In this document: one piece after another, positions 56,390 through 64,000 of the stretch
Position numbering within the stretch: the first letter of the stretch is position 1
Layout of the letters: the number at the start of each line of letters is the position of its first letter
NCBI GenBank assembly: GCA_913051545.1
Contig: CAJXCD010000004.1
Location: 88,153-152,152 of the forward strand
From: an uncultured Chloroflexota bacterium
Lineage (GTDB): Bacteria > Chloroflexota > Dehalococcoidia > Lucifugimonadales > CAJXCD01
Direction of reading: 5' to 3'
DNA length: 64,000 nucleotides
Translations under genes and position numbers: made by a program
The notes under the pieces: model-generated
Seen by the model: the letters and a program-made list of their open reading frames with translations, nothing else
Told to the model about the DNA's origin: nothing
The model's database searches: none

Positions 56390-57355
56390 CTACTCCTCAA
56401 TAATATGGGTGGATAGTGCCCAATCTGGATTTTCCATTTTAGCTTTGACAGTTTGTAAAAATTCGCCGGCCGGAACACCATCCAAAGCTCTGTGATCAAA
56501 AGTTAAACTCAAATTCATCATTGATCGTATCTTTATCTCCCCCTCGTGGACCACTGGCTTTTCAGATATTCTGCCAACCCCCAAAATTCCAACATGTGGA
56601 GGATCAATGATAGGAGTAAAAACATCTATGTCAAAAGCAGCCAGTGAGGTAATGGTAAACGTAGATCCGGTGAGATCATTAACTGAAAGTTTCTTATTCC
56701 GAGATCGTGTAGCTATCAAACGCAGCTGCTGTGCCAACGAAAGTAAATCCTTCGAATCTGCATTCTTTATTACAGGAACTACTAACCCTTCATCTACAGA
56801 AACAGCCACCCCTATATTCACGGATTCTATGACTTTCAACCCGTCGTCTTCAAATATGGCATTCATTCGAGGGTGTTCTTTGAGTGAAATTGCCGTGGCT
56901 CCTACAATAAAATCTAAATCAACCGGTCTTATGTGGTGAGGTCTCCACGCCCGGATTAATTCATCTCGAATACCTACCATTTCTGTAACATCAACTTCTG
57001 TCGTCAAAGTAACCTGTGCCATTGTATGAACACTACGTAACATTCGTGTAGCTATTGTTTTTCTCATTCTACTTATCGGTATGACACTAGACGGTAAGGA
57101 GAGGGGGACTTCGCTGTCTTCTATAATCGCTATCACCATGCCATTCTTGACCTCAGATCCATTCGGAACTAAGATATCTAAAATCAACCCGGATACTGGA
57201 GAAAATACAGCCGATTCAACTTTTCCTGCACCAACGCGCGCGACCGTTTGTCCTGCAGATACATTTTCTCCTTGGCTGACAAGCCATTCTAGCAAGAAAT
57301 TATCTCTCAGACCGGTATCACCACTATGCAACACAACTTCTGTAACCATTATCAA
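56390..57355 (-). CDS. 2-oxoacid dehydrogenase E2-like acyltransferase, short form with degenerate lipoyl motif
   Basis: 321 aa. The N-terminal lipoyl-like domain reads VGAGKVES where E-[ST]-D-K-A is expected. No peripheral-subunit-binding domain is evident. The catalytic domain has FDHRALDG. Confidence 0.75.
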   Translation of the reverse strand: MIMVTEVVLHSGDTGLRDNFLLEWLVSQGENVSAGQTVARVGAGKVESAVFSPVSGLILDILVPNGSEVKNGMVIAIIEDSEVPLSLPSSVIPISRMRKTIATRMLRSVHTMAQVTLTTEVDVTEMVGIRDELIRAWRPHHIRPVDLDFIVGATAISLKEHPRMNAIFEDDGLKVIESVNIGVAVSVDEGLVVPVIKNADSKDLLSLAQQLRLIATRSRNKKLSVNDLTGSTFTITSLAAFDIDVFTPIIDPPHVGILGVGRISEKPVVHEGEIKIRSMMNLSLTFDHRALDGVPAGEFLQTVKAKMENPDWALSTHIIEE

Positions 57356-57383
57356 TCTCCGCCATTAAACAGGTCTTGGCGAC

Positions 57384-57413
57384 AAAGTACGCCCGTATAC
57401 TAAGCTCTGTCAA
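57384..57413 (-). promoter_or_regulatory. Putative promoter (TTGACA-18-TACTTT) of the E2-like/aminotransferase pair
   Basis: Minus-strand TTGACA (plus 57408-57413) and TACTTT (plus 57384-57389). Confidence 0.3.
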
Positions 57414-57574
57414 GCTGTGAACCTAATGATTTGGGATAAGAAATAAGACTAATCACATTGAAAATGCCGTCACGAATTACTCAACAAACATTTGCTATTA
57501 ATTCTCATAGTTTTTTGTTCTTAATGATATGATTTGAATATATCTGATGACTATACAGTATTCGGAGAACAGTA

Positions 57575-58960
57575 ATGAGTTATAAGAAACCATATGACCT
57601 AGTCATAACAGGCGCGAGGGTGTTAGATCCTGAAAGTGGACTCGACACAGTCCAAAACATAGGGATTGTTGATGGACAAATTGAAGATTTAAGTCTTTCT
57701 CCAATGCAAGGCAACGATGTTATTCAAGCAGTTGGCCTAGCTGTATCACCGGGATTTATTGACATGCATTCGCATGGTCAGGACGATGAAAACTACAGAG
57801 CTCAAGCACAAGATGGAGTAACTACCGCGTTAGAACTAGAAGTGGGAACTGCGAATATAAACAACTGGTATTCAAGCCGTGCTGATTCGTCACTCATAAA
57901 CTACGGAGCAAGCATTGGGCATATCCCTATTCGAATGGAGTTAATGGGAGATCCGGGAAGCATAGTCCCCATGTCAGGTACTGCTAATCTGCCCTGTTCC
58001 CAAGAAGAAATAGATGAGATTAAATCCCGATTAGAAACAGGCCTTCGTCAAGGAGCGTTAGCCGTAGGATTTGGAATCCAGTACACTCCGGGTGCTAGCA
58101 GATGGGAAATACTTGAATCATTCCGTGTAGCGTCCAAGCATGGAGCGCCATGCCACGTACATATGCGAGGTATGGGACATGTCGAACCCAATAGTAGCAT
58201 GAATGGCCTTGAGGAATTAATCGCAGCTTCGTCAGTTACTGGAGCACCTACACATGTTTGTCATATATCTAGCAGTGGCATGCGTTCATCTTCACACTTA
58301 CTTCAAACGATAGGTGAATCACAATCAAGAGGTCTAGATATTACTACCGAATGCTATCCATATACTGCAGCTTTAACAGACATTTCATCAGCAATGTTTG
58401 AAGATGGATGGCAAAAGACACTCGGTATAGATTACGATGGCCTAGAATGGACAAAAACTGGCGAGAGGCTGAACAAGCAGAGTTTTACAAAATACCGAGA
58501 ACAAGGCGGTATGGTGGTAATGCATATGATTCCAGAAGAAACTGAACTTGCCGCAGTAACCAGCCCACTAACATCTATAGCTACGGATGGATGGCTAAAA
58601 AAAGGCAAAGGGCATCCAAGGACATCAGGGTCTTATTCTAAAGTACTTGGTAAATTTGTCAGGGAAGATGGGTCACTTACCCTAATGGAAGCTCTACGTA
58701 AGATGACTCTAATGCCTGCTAAACGACTAGAAGAAAAAACGCCTGCAATGAGAAGGAAAGGGCGAGTTAAGATAGGATCTGACGCTGATTTAGCTATTTT
58801 TGATCCCGAAACAGTGATCGATCAAGCAACTTTCCCTCTCCCAAACCTTCCACCAAAAGGCATAACTCATGTCATCGTAAATGGAACTCCGGTTGTAAGA
58901 AACGGGAAAATTCAAGAAAACGTATTCCCGGGTAAGGCTGTTAGATCACCTATAACATAG
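57575..58960 (+). CDS. Metal-dependent amidohydrolase, N-acyl-D-amino-acid deacylase (D-aminoacylase)-like
   Basis: YDLVITGARVLDP N-terminus and PGFIDMHSHG metal motif; 461 aa. Confidence 0.8.
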   Translation: MSYKKPYDLVITGARVLDPESGLDTVQNIGIVDGQIEDLSLSPMQGNDVIQAVGLAVSPGFIDMHSHGQDDENYRAQAQDGVTTALELEVGTANINNWYSSRADSSLINYGASIGHIPIRMELMGDPGSIVPMSGTANLPCSQEEIDEIKSRLETGLRQGALAVGFGIQYTPGASRWEILESFRVASKHGAPCHVHMRGMGHVEPNSSMNGLEELIAASSVTGAPTHVCHISSSGMRSSSHLLQTIGESQSRGLDITTECYPYTAALTDISSAMFEDGWQKTLGIDYDGLEWTKTGERLNKQSFTKYREQGGMVVMHMIPEETELAAVTSPLTSIATDGWLKKGKGHPRTSGSYSKVLGKFVREDGSLTLMEALRKMTLMPAKRLEEKTPAMRRKGRVKIGSDADLAIFDPETVIDQATFPLPNLPPKGITHVIVNGTPVVRNGKIQENVFPGKAVRSPIT

Positions 58961-58986
58961 CCTGATTTTCTATAGTTAATTTCGTG

Positions 58987-59514
58987 TCAACAATCTAAAG
59001 GGAATTTATAGGCGGTGACTGTGAAATTAGAACGTGGTTTGAAATCGTACTCCGGCACCCTCACAAAACCTATTTTCTTGTACATTTCGGCCGCCAATTT
59101 CATAAGCGGAGTTGTGTGTAATCCAACCGCTGAAGCATCGTGTGCTCGCGAACGTTGGATGCATTCCTCAACCAACATTCGGCCTATCCCAAATCTTCTA
59201 TTCTCAGGCCTTACAGCAACGAGGCGTATACCTGCCCAATCGTCGGGCCACACTACACTTACACGACCGACTGCTGCAGGGAAAAAAGTAACTGCTCCAA
59301 CCAAGTTATTGCTTAATTCAGCAACAATTAATTCTGATTCTTGGAATCTGCTTCGTGCATCTCTGATGTTAGCTTCATAATCTATCCACGAATCATCAGG
59401 CATCATATACGAATATTCACGATACGCTGAGACACCAACTTCTATCACTTCTTCAGTCTCACTAGGAAATGCATTCCTGATCACGATCTCCTGCGGAGTA
59501 GCTCCACCAGCCAC
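58987..59514 (-). CDS. GNAT-family N-acetyltransferase
   Basis: VRPENRRFGIGRMLVEE acetyl-CoA-binding motif; 175 aa. Confidence 0.75.
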   Translation of the reverse strand: MAGGATPQEIVIRNAFPSETEEVIEVGVSAYREYSYMMPDDSWIDYEANIRDARSRFQESELIVAELSNNLVGAVTFFPAAVGRVSVVWPDDWAGIRLVAVRPENRRFGIGRMLVEECIQRSRAHDASAVGLHTTPLMKLAAEMYKKIGFVRVPEYDFKPRSNFTVTAYKFPLDC

Positions 59515-60908
59515 TACGCGCGCAGCTCAAGTCGGGAATCAATAAGATGCTTGGGGACATTAGTATCTCTCATAAATTGCAACATGCACTTGTGTAAATC
59601 TTTTGCGACACCCATCTGCCTATTTATTATATTCGTGTTCTGCCCGGGGTCTGATTTGAGATCGAAAAGTTCTGACATACCCCCATCCATGCTGTACAAC
59701 AGAGACCAGTCATTTGCAGTAACGGTAGTTACCGGCGATGCCCTTAGGTCCCTCCTAAGATCATCAACATGCCTAACCGGTTCACCTGGGTTGGCAAATG
59801 GCAACGTGCTAATAACAAAGTCACGTCCCGGCAAAGATGATTCACGCATTCCAGGAAGTAGCGATACTCCTTCAACAGACTGAGGTATTTCGTGCCCCAA
59901 TATATCCAAAACTGTAGGCATAACGTCTATTGCCGAAGTCAAACCCTGATAAGATCCAGCCGGAATCCCTGGGACCGATATTACCAACGGAATGTTTATA
60001 AGTTCGTTGTAAAGAGGAGAGTGCCCCCAAGTGACTCCTTCAGCACCATGCTGAGGAACTGTACCGTCAGCAAGCTTGTCAAAAACCATTTTCCCAAAAG
60101 TACCGCCATGCTCACCAAAATAGAACCCATGATCAGAAGTGAATATTACTACCGTGTCCTCCAACAGTCCCATGCTCTCTACTCGACCAAGAAAATAGCC
60201 AATCCAAGTATCAACCATAGAAATTTGACCACAATATGTAGCATGAGCTTTATCTACTGTCTCCTTCGTATAACCAGGAGAATCCTGCCACTTACCATAG
60301 GGAGGATCTATAATTTCCCCATCGTAACCAGGCCAATATCTCTCTGTATAATACGCTGGGGAGTCCCACGGTTCATGAGGATCCCACGTGTCCACATATA
60401 GGAAAAATTTCTCCTTGTAGTGTTTCTCAAGCCATTCCATAGCATTCGTCATGGTTCTAGGAGAATTACAATCAGCCTCATAACGCCAATCTGCACGCAC
60501 ATCTTGAGATTCATGTTTGTGTCCTTCAGCAGGGTCTTTTGTTCCTGGAGCATCCTGACCCGGATGAAACACAAAAGTCTGGAAACCACGATCATAATTC
60601 ATGCCATTCCTTAGGTAGAATGGTGTGTCCACCACAGCAGCAGTATGATACCCCTGTTCAGCAAGTAGTTCTGCAATGGTAGTCTGGCCATCAGGCAATG
60701 GCTCCCAGCCCATAAATGACATTATCCAGCGTCCAGTAGCATGATCCGCCCGTGTAGGCATGGTAGGGAAAGCACCCGCAAAATGCCTATCAAATCTAAC
60801 TGACCTCGAAGCCAATAAGTCAAGAGAGGGAGTACTGTTAATCCCGTAACCATAAGCCCCTAAATGATCTTTCCTAAATGTGTCAGCAACTATCCAAATG
60901 ACGTTCAT
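59514..60908 (-). CDS. Sulfatase-fold (alkaline-phosphatase superfamily) hydrolase with Thr at the formylglycine position
   Basis: 464 aa, no signal peptide. VADTFRKD metal motif. FPTMPTRADHATG occupies the position of C/S-x-P-x-R-x4-TG. Confidence 0.75.
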   Translation of the reverse strand: MNVIWIVADTFRKDHLGAYGYGINSTPSLDLLASRSVRFDRHFAGAFPTMPTRADHATGRWIMSFMGWEPLPDGQTTIAELLAEQGYHTAAVVDTPFYLRNGMNYDRGFQTFVFHPGQDAPGTKDPAEGHKHESQDVRADWRYEADCNSPRTMTNAMEWLEKHYKEKFFLYVDTWDPHEPWDSPAYYTERYWPGYDGEIIDPPYGKWQDSPGYTKETVDKAHATYCGQISMVDTWIGYFLGRVESMGLLEDTVVIFTSDHGFYFGEHGGTFGKMVFDKLADGTVPQHGAEGVTWGHSPLYNELINIPLVISVPGIPAGSYQGLTSAIDVMPTVLDILGHEIPQSVEGVSLLPGMRESSLPGRDFVISTLPFANPGEPVRHVDDLRRDLRASPVTTVTANDWSLLYSMDGGMSELFDLKSDPGQNTNIINRQMGVAKDLHKCMLQFMRDTNVPKHLIDSRLELRA

Positions 60909-60983
60909 TTGACTCCTTTAACTCGATCGAAATCCCTGTTACTAAACCTATGTTAACAAAGTTGATCCTAAGTAGAAAATTTT

Positions 60984-61205
60984 TCAGGATTTTTTATCCC
61001 CAGTCGGTGTCCATCCACTAGTACTCTTGGAAGCGAATATACCACCAGTAGACCATTGCTCCAATGGAATATCCTCGAAAAGAACATCTACTCTGTCCCT
61101 AAATGCATTTCCCACTTCGGCCATGACGTCCACTATCGCCGAAGCTATCTGTTCCTTTTGGTCTTCTGTTCGTCCTTCTAGCCAAGTAACTCTTACCATT
61201 GGCAT
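60984..61205 (-). CDS. 4-oxalocrotonate tautomerase-family protein
   Basis: Best start is ATG 61205, giving MPMVRVTWLEGRTEDQKEQIASAI with Pro-1 after Met removal. AAGGAG RBS. The ORF-track start 61247 is an extension. Confidence 0.8.
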   Translation of the reverse strand: MPMVRVTWLEGRTEDQKEQIASAIVDVMAEVGNAFRDRVDVLFEDIPLEQWSTGGIFASKSTSGWTPTGDKKS

Positions 61206-61318
61206 CGTAAAACTCCTTTGGATACTAAATTTGTTTAATTCTAACATCCCTAATTTTAGTTAATCTATTATTACTAAGGGTATCCCTTTCAAACTACTAG
61301 GGTTACTATATATGTGGA

Positions 61319-62926
61319 TTGATAATCACAAGTCGAATAAAGTCACCTGAATTTCTGACATGTACCTTCGTCGGATTGATAGCGGTCGTACTATACCTTA
61401 CGACATTAGCTCCCACTATTTCGTGGGGATCTGATGGCAAAGCTGTTGACGGAGCAGAATTGTTAACCGCCGCTAACGTACTAGGTATACCCCATCCACC
61501 TGGATATCCAACCTACACACTGTTACTAAAAGTATTTGCCTCACTAGTTCCAGTAGGTGACTATGCTTTCAGAGGTAATCTGTTGTCATCTCTAATGGCA
61601 ACACTAACTACCGTGTTCCTGTTTTTGGCAACCGTAAGACTATGCAAAATAATCGTTCCATCTCCTTCGACATGGATATTAAATGTATCTTCAGCCTTGG
61701 CAGGCATTACGTTTGCAACGTCCCCACTATTTTGGTCTCAATCAGTGGTAACCGAAGTTTATACCTTAAATACTTTATTTCTGTCGTCAATGCTTTTTAT
61801 AACTACAAGTATAGTTCTACAATCGAAGTCACAAATTACACGCGAATCCGGAAGCAAACTTTGGATCTTCAGTATCCTGCTCGGACTTGGTATGGGCAAT
61901 CACATTACCTTAATTTTATTTGCAATACCTCTCATCGTGTGGATTGGGAAAACAATCGGTTGGAGAAATATGGTATCCACTAAACCACTCCTAGCTTTAG
62001 GGATTGGTCTATCTACATACCTATACCTTCCTATACGATCAGCTCAATCTCCGAATATCAACTGGGGCCATGCTCACACTATGCATGGATTCCTATGGAT
62101 GTTGACTGCTAAGCCATATCAAGATTACGCATTTAATATACCTATAGCATCACTAGTACCCAGGATTACTGAGTGGGCAAATTTGATTTTCTCTCAATTT
62201 AACCCACTTGGAATTTTCGTCGGTCTCTTAGGAGCTCGAAGATTATTCCTGCAAATTCAGACATTCCTACTATCTAGTCTTGTAGCTATGGCTGTCATAA
62301 GCATTTATGCTGTCACTTACAGCACAATAGATTTTGAAGTACTGATGATTCCAGCATTCTTATTATTCTCATCTTGGATAGGCGTTGGATTTTTTTGGAT
62401 ATCTACTTCATGGATACCAAACTATTCCATAAGAGGTTTAACACATAAGTCATTAAACGGATTACCTTCGTTAACCACAGCGTTAACTATTTTAGCCTTC
62501 CTGATGGTACCAATCACATCTATTGTTTTAAATTTTGATTCCCAAAATATGAGGAATGATCGAACGGCCTATATTCATTCCAAATCCATAATGGATCTGG
62601 TTCCAGAAGGATCAACCATAATAAGTAACAAGGAAAAGAATGTATTCTCACTCTGGTACATGAGCCACGTGGAAATGCCTGAACGTGACATAGCCGTGAT
62701 AGCGGCACCTCTAATGAAATACGATTGGTACCTGGAAGACATCCACAGAAGCTTCCCTGACAGGATACCAGCCATGTCAGATATCACATTCCGAGAAGCA
62801 CTGCGAGAAATAATGTCACATACTCATGGCAATTCAGAGGTATTCTTCACTTTCAGGAATGGTGATATAACTAGGGACTACGAACTCGAAAAATTAGATA
62901 AAGTTTACAAGGCCGCCATCAAATAG
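61319..62926 (+). CDS. DUF2723-like polytopic membrane glycosyltransferase (PMT/TMEM260-like)
   Basis: 535 aa, many TM helices. GIPHPPGYPTY loop motif. TTG start is uncertain. Confidence 0.65.
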   Translation: MIITSRIKSPEFLTCTFVGLIAVVLYLTTLAPTISWGSDGKAVDGAELLTAANVLGIPHPPGYPTYTLLLKVFASLVPVGDYAFRGNLLSSLMATLTTVFLFLATVRLCKIIVPSPSTWILNVSSALAGITFATSPLFWSQSVVTEVYTLNTLFLSSMLFITTSIVLQSKSQITRESGSKLWIFSILLGLGMGNHITLILFAIPLIVWIGKTIGWRNMVSTKPLLALGIGLSTYLYLPIRSAQSPNINWGHAHTMHGFLWMLTAKPYQDYAFNIPIASLVPRITEWANLIFSQFNPLGIFVGLLGARRLFLQIQTFLLSSLVAMAVISIYAVTYSTIDFEVLMIPAFLLFSSWIGVGFFWISTSWIPNYSIRGLTHKSLNGLPSLTTALTILAFLMVPITSIVLNFDSQNMRNDRTAYIHSKSIMDLVPEGSTIISNKEKNVFSLWYMSHVEMPERDIAVIAAPLMKYDWYLEDIHRSFPDRIPAMSDITFREALREIMSHTHGNSEVFFTFRNGDITRDYELEKLDKVYKAAIK

Positions 62927-62947
62927 GCGGTAACCCGGTGACAGATT

Positions 62948-64000
62948 TCAACTCAATCCCATCTGGTAATGCTTTCCTTCCGTTTTTATTGAAGGAGCCA
63001 ACACAAGTTCAGATCTATGGAATTCCTTTACGTCAACAGCCCCTACCATACCCATACAAACCTCAAGAGCACCAATAAGATTCTGAGTACCGTCAGTCTT
63101 CGATGTTGGTCCAAATAGAATCTGTTCTAGTGAACCTCTAATTCCAACATCTATTCGAGTACCTCTGGGAAGTGCGGGATGGGGACTTGCCATACCCCAA
63201 TTGTACCCTCTGCCAGGAGCTTCTATTGACTGGGCTAGAGGCGTCCCTATCATCACCGCATCAGCCCCACTGGCGAAGGCTTTGCACAAATCTCCACCTG
63301 TCCTTATGCCACCATCTGTGATCACAGAAACATATCTTCCCGTTCTTTTGAAATACTCCTCACGTGCTGACGCACAGTTTATAGTAGCAGTAACCTGAGG
63401 CACGCCGACCCCTGTAACTTCACGAGTAGTACATGCCGCCCCAGGGCCCACTCCAACCAATACACCATCTATTCCAGTCTCCATCAATTCAAGTGCAACA
63501 TCGTAAGAGACACAATTCCCAACTAAAACCGGTATATCAAGTGTCCCGATCAGTTCGGAAAATATTAATCCTTTAGCACTTTTTGATACATGTCGAGCTG
63601 TAGTTACCGTAGACTGAACAACTATAACGTCAGCTCCAGCTTCTCTGGCCACGGATGCTAGACGTTTTGTGCTTGCCGGTGTCATGGAAACAGCACATTT
63701 AGCACCCTTAGATTTAATATCGTTTACTCTGCGTCCTACTAAATCATCCTTCACAGGAGCCGCATAAATCTCCTGAAGAACCTCTGTCGCCTTATTTTTC
63801 GGAGCCTCTGCTATTCTAGAAAGCATTTCGTCAGGATTTTCATATTTAGTCTGAACGCCTTCCAAATTCATAACTGCCAATCCGCCTAGCCTATCCATCT
63901 CGTACACAAATTCAGGTGATCCTATTGCATCCATAGCTGAGGCAAGTACTGGAGTTTTTATAGTCAAGCTACCAATAGTGAATTCGGTAGATACTTGATC
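62948..64000 (-). CDS. IMP dehydrogenase-related GuaB3-family protein (5' end beyond the right window edge)
   Basis: TPVLASAMD and GVGPGAACTTR catalytic-Cys loop, with no CBS insertion. The frame stays open upstream of the ORF-track start (..DQVSTEFTIGS..) to position 64000. Confidence 0.8.
   Translation of the reverse strand, partial: DQVSTEFTIGSLTIKTPVLASAMDAIGSPEFVYEMDRLGGLAVMNLEGVQTKYENPDEMLSRIAEAPKNKATEVLQEIYAAPVKDDLVGRRVNDIKSKGAKCAVSMTPASTKRLASVAREAGADVIVVQSTVTTARHVSKSAKGLIFSELIGTLDIPVLVGNCVSYDVALELMETGIDGVLVGVGPGAACTTREVTGVGVPQVTATINCASAREEYFKRTGRYVSVITDGGIRTGGDLCKAFASGADAVMIGTPLAQSIEAPGRGYNWGMASPHPALPRGTRIDVGIRGSLEQILFGPTSKTDGTQNLIGALEVCMGMVGAVDVKEFHRSELVLAPSIKTEGKHYQMGLS

Overview
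Gene-dense, visibly AT-rich bacterial chromosomal segment (about 70 CDS, short or overlapping intergenic gaps, composition judged by eye). Most of it is ordinary housekeeping.

Main content:
- Housekeeping genes: groES-groEL, a methyl-cycle operon (rhodanese / PfkB kinase / ahcY / metK), lexA, tatA/tatB-like/tatC, maf, lipA, etfBA, rpsT, relA/spoT, hisS, prfA-prmC, folB, cofE, leuB, leuS.
- A heterotetrameric sarcosine-oxidase cluster (soxBDAG).
- From about 49.6 to 61 kb, a more accessory-looking stretch: two sulfatase-fold paralogs, a GH32/GH68-like propeller, a collagen-like lipoprotein, a lone E2-like acyltransferase with a GSAM-like aminotransferase, a D-aminoacylase-like amidohydrolase, a GNAT, a tautomerase and a DUF2723-like membrane protein.

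The gene content (F420 genes cofE/npdG, Gram-positive-type LexA boxes, sulfatase-fold expansion, sarcosine oxidase) would fit a marine Chloroflexota/SAR202-like organism. That is inference only.

I found no rRNA, tRNA, CRISPR array, transposase/integrase or recognisable defence system.

The best candidate for something undescribed is a self-contained operon of three tandem P-loop paralogs (3971-6179). Only the middle copy keeps the Walker A lysine.

Other oddities:
- Both sulfatase-fold proteins carry Thr at the formylglycine position.
- An EF-G paralog has DTPGY instead of DTPGH.
- An SDR lacks YxxxK.
- An E2-like protein has a degenerate lipoyl motif and no E1/E3 partner genes in the window.
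- Small zinc-ribbon proteins sit behind near-consensus promoters and structured leaders.
- groES is preceded by a CIRCE-like operator with compensatory arm changes.
- lexA is preceded by a dual SOS-box palindrome.

All family calls rest on motif recognition in the supplied translations and my own reading of the DNA. No database search was possible.
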